DNA from: Saccostrea cucullata
Taxonomy: Eukaryota
Length of the DNA stretch: 64,000 nucleotides
Direction of reading: 5' to 3'
NCBI RefSeq assembly: GCF_032062105.1
Contig: NW_026920828.1
Coordinates: 186,001-250,000 of the forward strand
The notes beneath the pieces were generated by a model, which saw only the letters and a list, made by a program, of their open reading frames with translations, was not told the origin of the DNA and searched no databases. Below, piece by piece: positions 23,678-37,294 of this stretch. Position 1 is the stretch's first letter, and every line of letters begins with the position of its first letter. Both the position numbers and the translations under genes were made by a program.

Positions 23678-26600
23678 CTACTGATTCTGATGGTAAAGAT
23701 TATTATTCTTTTTTTTTCTTCTACTTCCTAGACCGCAACTTTGAGGCTTCATATCTCACTCATTTCTCAACGGATTTGGCTCAAATTTTCAGGGGTTATA
23801 GACGTTTATAAACTCTACCAGAATGCTGACTAAAATTTCAAAAATTCACTTCCGGTTTTGAGTTATTTTCCTTTAAACGAAAATTTATAGGCTTTCGTTT
23901 CCGGATAAAGGCTCAGAGACCACAAAGGCTGAAGCAGAATTTTTACTGATTTTAGGTAACAGAAGGATTGAAGTTGTGCACATCGGTTTTTGTTTTTCGA
24001 TTTCTGTATTAACAATGGCGCTATATAGGGGTCAAAAATTAGAACGCCGAAAAGAACGAAAATTTACACATATTTTCCTTTTTATCTTGAAAACTAAAAA
24101 TATTTTGTTAAGACATAATGAACAATAGTTGTGCATAATTGCAAGGGCTTTCATTTAATAATATTCAAAAGGGGCTGGCCCCTATAATTAGGGCTCTATG
24201 GAACTTGAAAGTTTTTGCTTTATAACTCAAAAACGGTAAATATTTCGATCTAGATCTTACGAACAAAATTGTTCGTTTACACCTTTTTGATCTGATGAAA
24301 ATGCTGTTTTGTTCGATTATGCCGGGAATAGTGGTAAGCAGGCAAAGTAAACAGGTAGCGTTTTTCCGATTACATTCACCTTGTTTGTTTACAATTATAT
24401 AACACGCCTCCCTCGATAGCGCGGGGCAAAGTCGGTCACCGGGAATCAATCGGTGGGTAATCCAGCGACCCACAGTTATACACAAATAAAAACACAGAAT
24501 GGTTAAATTCATTTCTTTACTATATAAAATTGTATCTTAATACTATCTCTGTCCTATGAAAATATTATTTTGTTTGAGTCTAACGTATTATAGGAAAGAA
24601 AGCTAGACAGTTCTCATCTTGCTATTGAAGGAAAACTCTGTAGTCTTTATGCGCAGAATTGAAGTAAACTTGCCGTAAGTAATAAATATTTTACAATGCT
24701 GTATCATATCTCTTTTATTTAATTAGGTTCTAAACGTGTTCTTTGGTTCCCGTTCAGAGTATTCAATGGCATCATTTTCCTTTTATTAATCAAGATCTTT
24801 CCAAGAGAAAGAGTTTTAGAAAAAAGCACGAGTATCTTTTCTTCGTTAAAATATGAACACAAACAATATGAACGAAAACCATACACGCCCGGGTCTCATA
24901 AAAAGAACTTTCAAAGAGTCCAATAATACAAAATTATTTACCGCGCGATTCTCACATTCACCTGGAACCCAGATTTTTAGCGTGTGTACCATTGCGTAAT
25001 CTTACGATTACACGTGTCCAAGAAAATCTAAAGCGACACACCGCGGCGAACCATTGACCCCGTAGTCATAGACAAAATAATTGGTGTATTAAAACTATTT
25101 GACAATTAATGGAAAATTATTATTGTCGGATATTTGAGATTAATATGTTGGCTTATCTTTGTTTTAAATTTGATTGCGATACATGTTTATCTAAAACAGC
25201 TATCTAAGCTTTGTGTTTGTTTACAATTACGCGACCAATCATTCCTTCCATCGCTTGTTGACATTAATTTACACAGCGTGGTCGAATGTTAAATCTAATT
25301 TTACAAACTTACGGAAAACATTATTTTCTGTAAGTAAATCGAATCTTTCAAAAATATTTTAAAATATCTTAGGTTAGACTTTAGAACAAAACGCTGGGGT
25401 ATTTATTTTATATGTACATAAATCAATCTTCCAATTTTTATAGTTCGTTAGTTCAATGTGTAATTTTACTTTTCATTTTGACGATTCATAGCTTAAGGAC
25501 TGGTGATCTGCGGTTACTTAACTTCAATCAATATTGATTTAAATGCACAAGCTTAATTTGTGCTTTTAACACACAAATAAATCTGTTTTCAACACAAATT
25601 TTCCCAAACACATTTTATTTTCTTCACAGATTTTTACCATGGCTATTTCAGTTTTAAACTTTTATAGAAAATCTTCCGAATCATAAGGATCTAATTAAAA
25701 AAAATACTCAATGAAATGGACTAAACATCGATAAGTATCTCCGCACCTGTAAACTTCATAAGTGACTTCTGTGCTTGCACAATGCCCATTTTTATTACAG
25801 GTTGAATAGTCAAGTTGAAAAAATTATTCAAGATTTTAAAGCAATAAATTTAATTTGTGTATAATTTATTCAAAATCTGTAAATGATTAGTATAGTGTGC
25901 TAACATTTTAATTTTGTTCCGTGATTTTAAAAATATCAGTAGCAGGTTATACAATGAACATGTAAGTAGTAATAAACCCGCCTCGTATGTACGGAATCGA
26001 AAATTTAAGAACTTATATAACAATCTGCAGCTACATGTACTGAATATCAGAAATTTATCATGTAATTACACACTTTTATTTCCTAATTTAAACTGTTAAA
26101 ATCATAACCGGCACCATAGTTAAACATTAATTGTCTTATAATCGGCACTTAGGGCCTTTGAGCAGGGAGGGATCTTTTTTGTGCCAGCACCTAAAGCGAC
26201 ACAGGACCTTGTTCTATACGGTCTCATCGGAAGAACAGGTCCCCACATCCCACAGTGGGATTCGAAACCACGACGTAAGGAGCTGATCCTTACCTGGCGA
26301 CTATAGAGCAGTCTCTCTAATCACTGCGCTATGCGGGCAACCTTGGGGGATATAAAATGAAAACAATGAAGAAAACGGTCAGTTAAAAAAAAAGAATGGG
26401 TCGTTTTGAAATATTATTCTTACGAACTTCAGGGCAAGTATGAGAAACCATATTTATGAAAGCTTCCTGATGTAAAAAAGATTACTTTTTTTTCAAATCA
26501 TGACTAGAGTTTTCCCTTGCAAAGTGATTGTGTATTTTGGGGGGTAGTGTGGATGGGACGGGAATGAAACGGTCTGTTTAACTGTCCATATGTCTGTCTG

Positions 26601-29600
26601 TCCCTGAAAGTTTTTCCCAGAAGGCCAGGCTATAACATAAGAAACCAGAAGCTTGTACTCGATACAAAGATTTCAAATGATCCTAGGATGTGTCATTGTA
26701 TTTATTCAAGGCAATATTACGGGAAATTCAAGATCACTGGAGAAAGAATCAATGTTTTGTTGCATTCATTTATATGTAATCGAGAATATCTGTAAGCTCA
26801 TGCTTGATACAGAGATTGCTTGTGATAAAAAGGTTTTTTTTTTACGATTTTGACTCAGAAAATAGTATTTTTTCATTCTGACTATATTTGTTTAAGTTCA
26901 TACTTGATACAAATTGCTTATAGTCCGCCGGTTTTCAGATGACTTAAAATAAGGTCATTTTAACAAATTCAGGGCCAATGACAGAAAAGTTGTAAAACAC
27001 CTGTCAGAGTTATGAATTTCTAAAAGTTGTTTCAGATTGAGGGTTTGTCTTGACAAAGAGCCAAGGTTATTCTGTTAAAAACAAGGTCACTAACAGAAGA
27101 AATCTGTTCTTCTCCAGGCTATGAACTAGTAAGTGAAAATCATTGGAGGCTCTTACTTGAAACATAGATTACTTATGATTGGAGGTTGTGTCATGTCACC
27201 CTGATCAAAGGTCTTTCTGGCAAATCAAGGTCACTGAGAGAGAAAAAATGTTTAAGCATAACTTTGTAATTAAGATTCAGTGGAGGCTCATGATGAGAAG
27301 AAAAGGTTGTTTACATAAGAAAGTGCAGTGACCTTGACCCAAGGTCGGTACTTCCTGTCCACAGCTCCAACGGAAGACCTACTCGTTGCTTTGCAACGAG
27401 CTCGGCTCTAGTTCAAATACTGCTTGTTTTACTCTGCTGTTTATTTCAAAGGAACACATTAAATCCTATATCATTTCTCTACTATTAATAAAGAAGAACA
27501 TTTTGTGTGTTGACTTGTGAAAGTACAGATACTTCGGAAGCCTGCTGGCATGTTGACATTCTCTGATGGATGTAACATCATTTTAACATAGATTAACCCC
27601 ATTGATTGAGTAGCTAAGACCTTATGGTTGTGATGTCTAGCATGGTCTATTGATATATGATCTAGAGTTCACACCGTTCCTCAGGTGAACTCCTTGTTTA
27701 CAGAACGTGATGTTGTACAAGGATTGTTGTACATTTGTTATGTTGTCAATACACCCTCCATTTTGTTTACAATAGTTAGAAATCTAGTTAACAAACTTCC
27801 TACTCATGTCATCTTTTTAATATTTAGGTCACATTGTTTTTCATTAGAAAAAGACCTTTAAAGAAATTATAAAGGACAATGTTTATTTCACTCAAAACGA
27901 TCCTCTTTTTCCTGCTACTACAGATACACTGATCATGATAGTCATAAAATTTTTATTGCTACATTTGTCATTGAATAATCCATAGAGATTGAACTAAATG
28001 TAATATCATGTTACTACTGTATGTGATTAAAATGATTTTTAAGAATGTCTGCTTTTTTAACAGGCAAGCCTGGCAGGCCCTTGGGGACATGTCCCAGACT
28101 ACAGCTATGGCTGAGTTTGTGAAGCAGTTAGACTCTCTGTGTCCACTCTTCAGACCTTTCACAGAGGCTCACAGCGCTGAAAAACAGGAACAGCAAAGAA
28201 AAAAGTAAATCACTGAATTCAACAACTTGTATCTTCAGTACTTTATTGAAAAGTTTAGGGGAAAAAATCCATTGTAAATATCACAATTGTACAATCGCAA
28301 ATATAATTTTAGAAATTCATTAATTGGTAGCTATTTATACCTTTTGATACAAAATGAAGCTTGTTTGATTGCGACTTGTCTTTTAAAAATAGCAACTGAA
28401 ATGAGGGTTAAATATTTATTTCATCCATTCACCAAGTGGTCTAGTTTACCTTCATTTTACATGACTGGTCCACTTTTTTTCTAGTCTGGGTTTGTCAGAG
28501 GAACCTTAGTGTCAAACCCTGCACACTTTAATTTGTAATTTTTAATGGAGATGAAAACATTTTAACCAAATTAATTAGTCAAATATATACAAATAAGAAG
28601 TTTATTGAGACCTTGCTTGTGTTTTCCCCTGTAGACAGGAAGAGGAGGATCGCTTACGTCGGGAGGCCGAGGAGAAAGAGAGACGACGAAGGGAGGAGGA
28701 AGCTCAGAAACAACTGGAGCTACAGAAACAAAAGCAGCTGGAGCAAGAGTAAGTCAAGGGGATCAGTGATCTCAGTGTTGTAGAGGAGCTAGAGTAAGTC
28801 AAGGGGAGGGGATCAGTGAACTCAAGGTTATAGAGAGAAGCAAGAGTAAGTCAAGGGGAGGGGATCAGTGAACTCAAGGTTATAGAGAGAAGCAAGAGTA
28901 AGTCAAGGGGAGGGGATCAGTAATCTCAAGGTTATACAGGAGCAAGAGTAAGTCAAGGGGAGGGGATCAGTGAACTCAAGGTTATAGAGAAGCAAGAGTA
29001 AGTCAAGGGGAGGATATCAGTGATCTCAAGGTTATACAGGAGCAAGAGTAAGTCAAGGGGAGGGGATCAGTGATCTCAATGTTATAGAGAAGCAAGAGTA
29101 TGTCAGGGGGAGGGGATCAGTGATCTCAAGGTTATAGAGGAGCTAGAGTAAGTCAGGGGGAGGGGAATAGTGATCTCAAGGTTATAGAGAAGCAAGAGTA
29201 AGTCAAGGGGAGGGGATCAGTGAACTCAAGGTTATAAAGGAGCAAGAGTAAGTCAAGGGGAGGGGATCAGTGATCTCAAGGTTATAAAGGAGCAAGAGTA
29301 AGTCAAGGGGAGGGGATCAGTGATCTCAAGGTTATAGAGAAGCAAGAGTAAGTCAAGGGGAGGGGATCAGTGAACTCAAGGTTATAAAGGAGCAAGAGTA
29401 AGTCAAGGGGAGGGGATCAGTGATCTCAAGGTTATAGAGGAGCTAGAGTAAGTCAAGGGGAGGGGATCAGTGATCTCAAGGTTATAGAGAAGCTAGAGTA
29501 AGTCAAGGGGAGGGGATCAGTGATCTCAAGGTTATAAAGGAGCAAGAGTAAGTCAAGGGGAGGGGATCAGTGAACTCAAGGTTATAGAGAAGCAAGAGTA

Positions 29601-32600
29601 AGTCAAGGGGAGGGGATCAGTGAACTCAAGGTTATAAAGGAGCAAGAGTAAGTCAAGGGGAGGGGATCAGTGATCTCAAGGTTATAGAGAAGCAAGAGTA
29701 AGTCAAGGGGAGGGGATCAGTGAACTCAAGGTTATAAAGGAGCAAGAGTAAGTCAAGGGGAGGGGATCAGTGATCTCAAGGTTATAAAGTAGCAAGAGTA
29801 AGTCAAGGGGAGGGGATCAGTGATATCAAGGTTATAGAGACGCAAGAGTAAGTCAAGGGGAGGGGATCAGTGAACTCAAGGTTATAAAGGAGCAAGAGTA
29901 AGTCAAGGGGAGGGGATCAGTGATCTCAAGGTTATAGAGAAGCAAGAGTAAGTCAAGGGGAGGGGATCAGTGAACTCAAGGTTATAAAGGAGCAAGAGTA
30001 AGTCAAGGGGAGGGGATCAGTGATCTCAAGGTTATAGAGGAAAGAGTAAGTCAAGGGGAGGGGAATAGTGATCTCAATGTTATAGAGAACAAGAGTATGT
30101 CAGGGGGAGGGGATCAGTGATCTCAAGGTTATAGAGAAGCAAGAGTAAGTCAAGGGGAGGGGATCAGTGAACTCAAGGTTATAAAGGAGCAAGAGTAAGT
30201 CAAGGGGAGGGGATCAGTGATCTCAAGGTTATAGAGAAGCAAGAGTAAGTCAAGGGGAGGGGATCAGTGAACTCAAGGTTATAAAGGAGCAAGAGTAAGT
30301 CAAGGGGAGGGGATCAGTGATCTCAAGGTTATAGAGGAGCTAGAGTAAGTCAAGGGGAGGGGAATAGTGATCTCAATGTTATAGAGAAGCAAGAGTATGT
30401 CAGGGGGAGGGGATCAGTGATCTCAAGGTTATAGAGAAGCAAGAGTAAGTCAAGGGGAGGGGATCAGTGATCTCAAGGTTATAGAGAAGCAAGAGTAAGT
30501 CAAGGGGAGGGGATCAGTGATCTCAAGGTTATAGAGGAGCTAGAGTAAGTCAAGGGGAGGGGATCAGTGATCTCAAGGTTATAGAGAAGCAAGAGTAAGA
30601 CAAGGGGAGGGGATCAGTGATCTCAAGGTTATAGAGGAGCTAGAGTAAGTCAAGGGGAGGGGATCAGTGATCTCAAGGTTATAGAGAAGCAAGAGTAAGT
30701 CAAGGGGAGGGGATCAGTGAACTCAAGGTTATAGAGAAGCAAGAGTAAGTCAAGGGGAGGGGATCAGTGATCTCAAGGTTATAGAGGAGCTAGAGTAAGT
30801 CAAGGGGAGGGGATCAGTGATCTCAAGGTTATAGAGGAGCAAGAGTAAGTCAAGGGGAGGGGATCAGTGATCTCAAGGTTATAGAGAAGCTAGAGTAAGT
30901 CAAGGGGAGGGGATCAGTGATCTCAAGGTTATAAAGGAGCAAGAGTAAGTCAAGGGGAGGGGATCAGTGAACTCAAGGTTATAGAGAAGCAAGAGTAAGT
31001 CAAGGGGAGGGGATCAGTGATCTCAAGGTTATAGAGGAGCTAGAGTAAGTCAAGGGGAGGGGATCAGTGATCTCAAGGTTATAGAGAAGCAAGAGTAAGT
31101 CAAGGGGAGGGGATCAGTGATCTCAAGGTTATAAAGGAGCAAGAGTAAAATCCCTGTCAGGTTTCCAAACATGACTCCTCTATAATATGGGGGTTTATAG
31201 GCAAAAATGGGATTTTTTGGTGATGGTTGGCAGTTCATCACCAGTTGTATTTCCTGATCTAATCTCTTTTTCCATAGGTCAATGAACTTCATCGGTCCAA
31301 GTTATAATCCTTTCTATTGTCGATTTTTTCAAATAAAGCAGTCATTGAATATTTCCTCAACCAGCTTTTGGTCATTGTCCAAACATCAGCAGACAGTTTG
31401 TAAAGTCTGTCATCAGCCTGAAAAAATAACATTATTTTACCTCGAAAGTTGACTCTGCATTTTTTTCCCCTTTCTGTACAAATAAACATGTTTTTTTTTC
31501 ACTTCAGAATGCAAATAAGAGCAGCATTGAATCAACAGACAGCTGTCCAGTTTGCCCAATATGCCCAGCAGCAGTACCCCAACAACAAACAACAAGTAAG
31601 TATACCAGTACCCCAACAACAAACAACAAGTAAGTACAACAGTATCCCAACAACAAACAAGTAAGTATAACAGTACCACAACAACAAACAATAAGTAAGT
31701 ACAACAGCAGTACTCCAACAACAAACAACAAGTAAGTATAACAGTACCCCAACAACAAACAACAAGTAAGTATAGCAGTATCCCAACAACAAACAACAAG
31801 TAAGTATAACAGTACCCCAACAACAAACAACAAGTAAGTACAACAGTACCCCAACAACAAACAACAAGTAAGTACAACAGTACCACAAGAACAAACAACA
31901 AGTAAGTATTTATAACAGTACCCCAACAACAAACAACAAGTAAGTATAACAGAACCCCAACAACAAACATCAAGTAAGTACAACAGTGTCCCAACAACAA
32001 ATTAATACAACAATACCCCAACAACCAACAACAAGTACAAAAAACTGTACAACAGTGTCTCAACAACAAAAAACAAGTTAGTACAAAAGCAATACACAAA
32101 CAACAAACAACAAGTTAGTACAAAAAGAGTACCCCAATAACAAACAACAAGTTAGTACAACAACAATACACAAACAACAAGTAAGTATAACAACAGTGCC
32201 CCAACAACAAACAACAAGTAAGTATAACAACAGTGCCCCAACAACAAACAACAAGTAAGTATAACAGTACCCCAACAACAAACAACAAGTAAGTACAACA
32301 GCAATACACAAACAATAAGTATAACAACAGTGCCCCAACAACAAACAACAAAATAAAACAACAGCAATATACAAACAACAAGTTAGTACAACAACAATAC
32401 ACAAACAACAAGTAAGTACAACAACAGTGCCCCAACAACAAGTTAGTACCACAGCATGTCCCCCAACAACAAATAAAGCACAATTATACAATAGTACCAC
32501 AACAAATAATAAATAAGTACAAAGCAGTACCCCCAACAACAAACAACAAGTATGACACCAGTACCCCTTACAACAAATAACAAGCACAAGTAATTTCAAC

Positions 32601-35600
32601 ACCATTACCTCAACAACAAATAAGTACTACAGTAGTATCCCAAAAATAAACAACAGATAAGTACTACAGTAGTATCCCAAAAATAAACAACAAATAAGTA
32701 CTACAGCTGTATCCCAAAAATAAACAACTGTACATCAGCGCCCCAAAAAATAACAGCAAATAAGTACTACAGCAGTAACTCAACATCAAACAATAAATGA
32801 GTTTAACAAGAGTACCCCAACACCAAATAAGTAAAATGGCAGTTCCTGTACAACAAACAACAAATACAACAGCAGTACCTTAACAACTAACTACAAACAA
32901 CAAATAAAGTACAACAACAGTATCCCCAACAAATAACGACAAGTAACTACAACAGAAGTACCTCAACAACTAGCTACAAATAACAAATAACAAATACAAC
33001 TGTACAACAGTATCCCCAACAAATAAAGACAAGTAAGTACAACAGAAGTACCTAAACAACTAGCTACAAATAACAAATACAACTGTACAACAGTATCCCC
33101 AACAAATAAAGACAAGTAAGTACAACAAAGGTACCTCAACAACTAGCTACAAACAACAAATAACAAATACAACTGTACAACAGTATCCCCAACAAATAAA
33201 AACAAGTAAGTACAACAGCAGAAGTACCTAAACAACTAGCTACAAACAACAAATAACAAATACAACTGTACAACAGTATCCCCAACAAATAAAGACAAGT
33301 AAGTACAACAGAAGTACCTAAACAACTAGCTACAAATAACAAATAACAAATACAACTGTACAACAGTATCCCCAACAAATAAAGACAAGTAAGTACAACA
33401 GAAGTACCTAAACAACTAGCTACAAATAACAAATAACAAATACAACTGTACAACAGTATCCCCAACAAATAAAAACAAGTAAGTACAACAGAAGTACCTA
33501 AACAACTAGCTACAAACAACAAATAACAAATACAACTGTACAACAGTATCCCCAACAAATAAAGACAAGTAAGTACAACAGAAGTACCTAAACAACTAGC
33601 TACAAATAACAAATACAACTGTACAACAGTATCCTCAACAAATAATGACAAGTACAACAACAATACCCGAACAACAATCTGAATACTGTTTACAGTATAA
33701 CCAAGTTTATATGCTTTACTTTGCCAGTGATTGGGAAGGCCAAAATGGTCAATGAGATAAAAAATTATACTGTCCACACCTTTGATGGGCCATTTTGAAA
33801 ATAAATGGGCCATCAATATAATCTGAAGGGACATTTTAAAAAATAACAAAGTGACAAACAAATATGAAATACGAGAGAAAACACGTTTTTAATTTACCAA
33901 ATCTGATTTTTAACGCATGTAATGCAGCAAATTTAAAGGAACTTGCTTAGAATACAACTAACCCGTATTCTGTGTTAAAATTACGATAATTTTGGAAAGG
34001 GAACAGCCCTAAAATACAAATGAATGAACTATTGTACCTAATGTAAGTGCTTCGTTTAACCGGAAGTACTTTTTGACGAGGTTCAACCAATGAGATTTGT
34101 TGTTTTAAATTGACTGTATTTAAAACGAAAGTAAAACAAGAAAGAAAGTCATACGCAAAATATTTCCAAATAACATCGCTAAAAATTGAATGCGCACCTT
34201 GGCGCCATGATTGATTGATTTAATGCGCCATTTTTCACTTCAATGCGACTATGGCGCGTGGCGCAAGCCCTTCCCAATCACTGCTTTGCAGATAGACTAA
34301 TATCTCACATTATCTTGATAAAAAATTATACCTCCACACCTTGGATTTACTACCTGGTAAAAATGGGCTTATAATCCATTGATTTATAGGTGATATTAAT
34401 TAATTTACCAATTGCAACATATTTCTTGGGTGATAATTAGCAGCCTAGTTACTAATTACATAACCTAATCCCATACCCCTAATCTGGCCATTAATTGATT
34501 GTTCCTAGTTAAATCTTTGCTTCTCTAGATCTCAGTATCTGTAAACAAGACTTGTTTGAAGGAAGATGCAGTACCTTCATAAATATATATACTAGATTGT
34601 TCAATAACCTGATACACCCTTGAACAGGTGAAATAAATAATTGATGAATAGCCTGCCTTTTGTGTCCCATGACACCTGTAATTTATGGATACTGGTGTAT
34701 ATTTCTGTAGACGGTTCTTCGTTTTTATACATTGATTGATTGATTTATTTGTCCCTGGTCTGTGGTCAAACTTTCTTGAAATAAACTATTAAGCTTTTGT
34801 GTGATGTTCCAATTGGTTTTGTCTTACTCGAGAAATGTCAACATTGCATTTTACCTTGCTTTCATATATGTTTTGTTTAACTAGGTCCTGTGAAATTGAA
34901 GTAATCTTCACTTTGTGATATTTTATTTACAACTTACCAACAAAATGAAGGACTTTAATGTCAATGTAAATGTTTAAATATTGAATGATGGATTTTTTAA
35001 AGAAATTTTTTTTGGGGGGGGAGGGGGGTTAAAAAAGTTGCATGTCAGAAAAAATACACAATTTTCCCTATCAAAATGCAATGTGATAAAATAATTGCTT
35101 TCTGAGATTTAAACTTGTTTATTTTCTAATTTATCTTTTGTCCATGCCTGAAAATTCCAATTATGGACAGAACTATTGGCTCTAATTATGGAAAATTAAA
35201 ACTCAATTTAGACACTAACGGACATTGTATTATTTAATACCTCAATAATAAGATAAAAAAACTAGTGGTAAAACTACTTTTTAAAAAAAGTGAGACATAC
35301 TAAATTAGTGATATACAAAATATGAGAAAAAAAAATTGACTTTTTTTCAGTTCAAGAATTTGCCTCCCCTTAAGTTGAGAAGAATTTAGTATGAAGTGAA
35401 GAAGTGAAAGGGGGAGGGGGTGGATGTGTAAAAACCAAAACCATTTAAACTAAAAGATTGCAGCATCCTGTTTACCGTGGATGTCTCAGAGAATTAACCT
35501 ACAGGACAGTCTAGTCATGTGTTTACTGTTTTATTAAATAGTCTAATAGTGATCCTGCTGCTACAGTCATTTACAAGAAATGATTTTATGGGTTAATCTG

Positions 35601-35768
35601 CATTAAGAGATGTAAGCAGCTGAATTAAGTCAGAGCTTGGTGTCTTGTTTTTTTTAGGTCACCTGAGTAAACTCAGGTGACCTATTGCTATCCGTTTTCG
35701 TCCGTCGTCGTCCGTCGTGTGTCGTGTGTTGTGTGTCGTGTGTCGTGTGTCGTGTGTTAACTTTTCAC

Positions 35769-35841
<73 letters not shown>

Positions 35842-37256
35842 GGATTCAAGTTTGTTGAATTTCATGAAGGGCCACGCCCTCATTCAAGGGGAGATAATTG
35901 GGAATTAATGAAAATTTGGTGGCATGTTTTAAAAATCTTCTTCTCAAGAACCACTGTGCCAGGAAAGATGAAACTTATGGGGTAACATCCTCAGGTAGTG
36001 TAGATTCAAAATTGTTGAAATTCATGACCCCTGGGGTAGGGCGGGGCCAAAATGGCCGACCAAAGTTTTATAGAAATATATTGGAAAATTCTTTAAAAAT
36101 CTTCTTCTCAAGAACCACTGTGCCAGGAAAGATGAAACATATAGGGAAGCATCCTCAGGTAGTGAAAATTCAAGTTTGTTGAAAATCATGACCCCCGGGG
36201 GTAGGGCGGGGCCAAAATGGCCGACCAAAGTTTTACAAAATAGAAATATATAGGAAAATTCTTTAAAAATTTTCTTCTCAAGAATGACAGAGCCATAATT
36301 CATCAAATTTATATGGAAGCATCCTTAGGTAGTGAAGATTCAAGATTGTTCAAATCATGACCCCCGGGGGTAGGGCGGGGCCAAAATGGCTGACCAAAGT
36401 TTTACATAGAAATATATTGGAAAATTCTTTAAAAATCTTCTTCTCAAGAATGACAGAACCATAATTCATCAAATTTATATGGAAGCATCCTCAGGTAGTG
36501 AAGATTCAAGTTTCTTGTGTGTGTGTGTGGGGGGGGGGCGGGGCTATTGATTATATAGTGAAAAATGACCTTGAAAATCTTCTTCAAGCTGTTACATAAA
36601 GAAATATATAGGAAAATTCTTTAAAAAATCTTCTTCTCAAGAATGACAAAGCCATAATTCATCAAATTTATATGGAAGTATCCTAAGGTAGTTAAGATTC
36701 AGAGTTTTTTCAATTTTATGACCCCCGGGGGTGGGGCGGGGCCAAAATGGCCGTCCAAAGTTTTACATAGAAATTTATAGGAAAATTCTTTAAAAATCTT
36801 CTTCTCAAGAATGACAAAGCCATTATTCATCATATTTATATGGAAGCATCTTCAGGTAGTGTAAATTCAAATTTTTTCATTGCCCCCGGGGGTGGGGCGG
36901 GGTAAAATGGCCGACCAAAGTTTTACATAGAAATAAATGGGAAAATTCTTTAAAAATCTTCTTCTCAAGAATGACAAAGCCATTATTCATCATATTTATA
37001 TGGAAGCATCTTCAGGTAGTGTAGATATCAAATTTTTTGAAATCATGACCCTTTGTATTTATAAAACATTTATTTACTTTTTGATAGGCGGGGCCTTTTA
37101 AAAATGTGCAACCGTCACCAAAGTTTTACATAGAAATATATGATTAGGGAAAATTCTTATGGGTAAGAATAGCAAATCCATGATTGATCGTGGGATTACT
37201 TTTGGATTTTAACTTTTCAATAATAAACCAATTTCTACTTTTTCTAAGCTACAGTA

Positions 37257-37294
<38 letters not shown>

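Noticed and set aside
28741-31147. CRISPR-like regular repeat array (also 1325-3177 and 52280-53617)
   Set aside because: Eukaryotic intronic DNA, head-to-tail units without unique spacers, and no cas genes.
31437-33861. Cys/Leu/Val-rich - strand ORFs resembling membrane or metallothionein-like proteins
   Set aside because: Translations of the antisense strand of the CAA-rich minisatellite.
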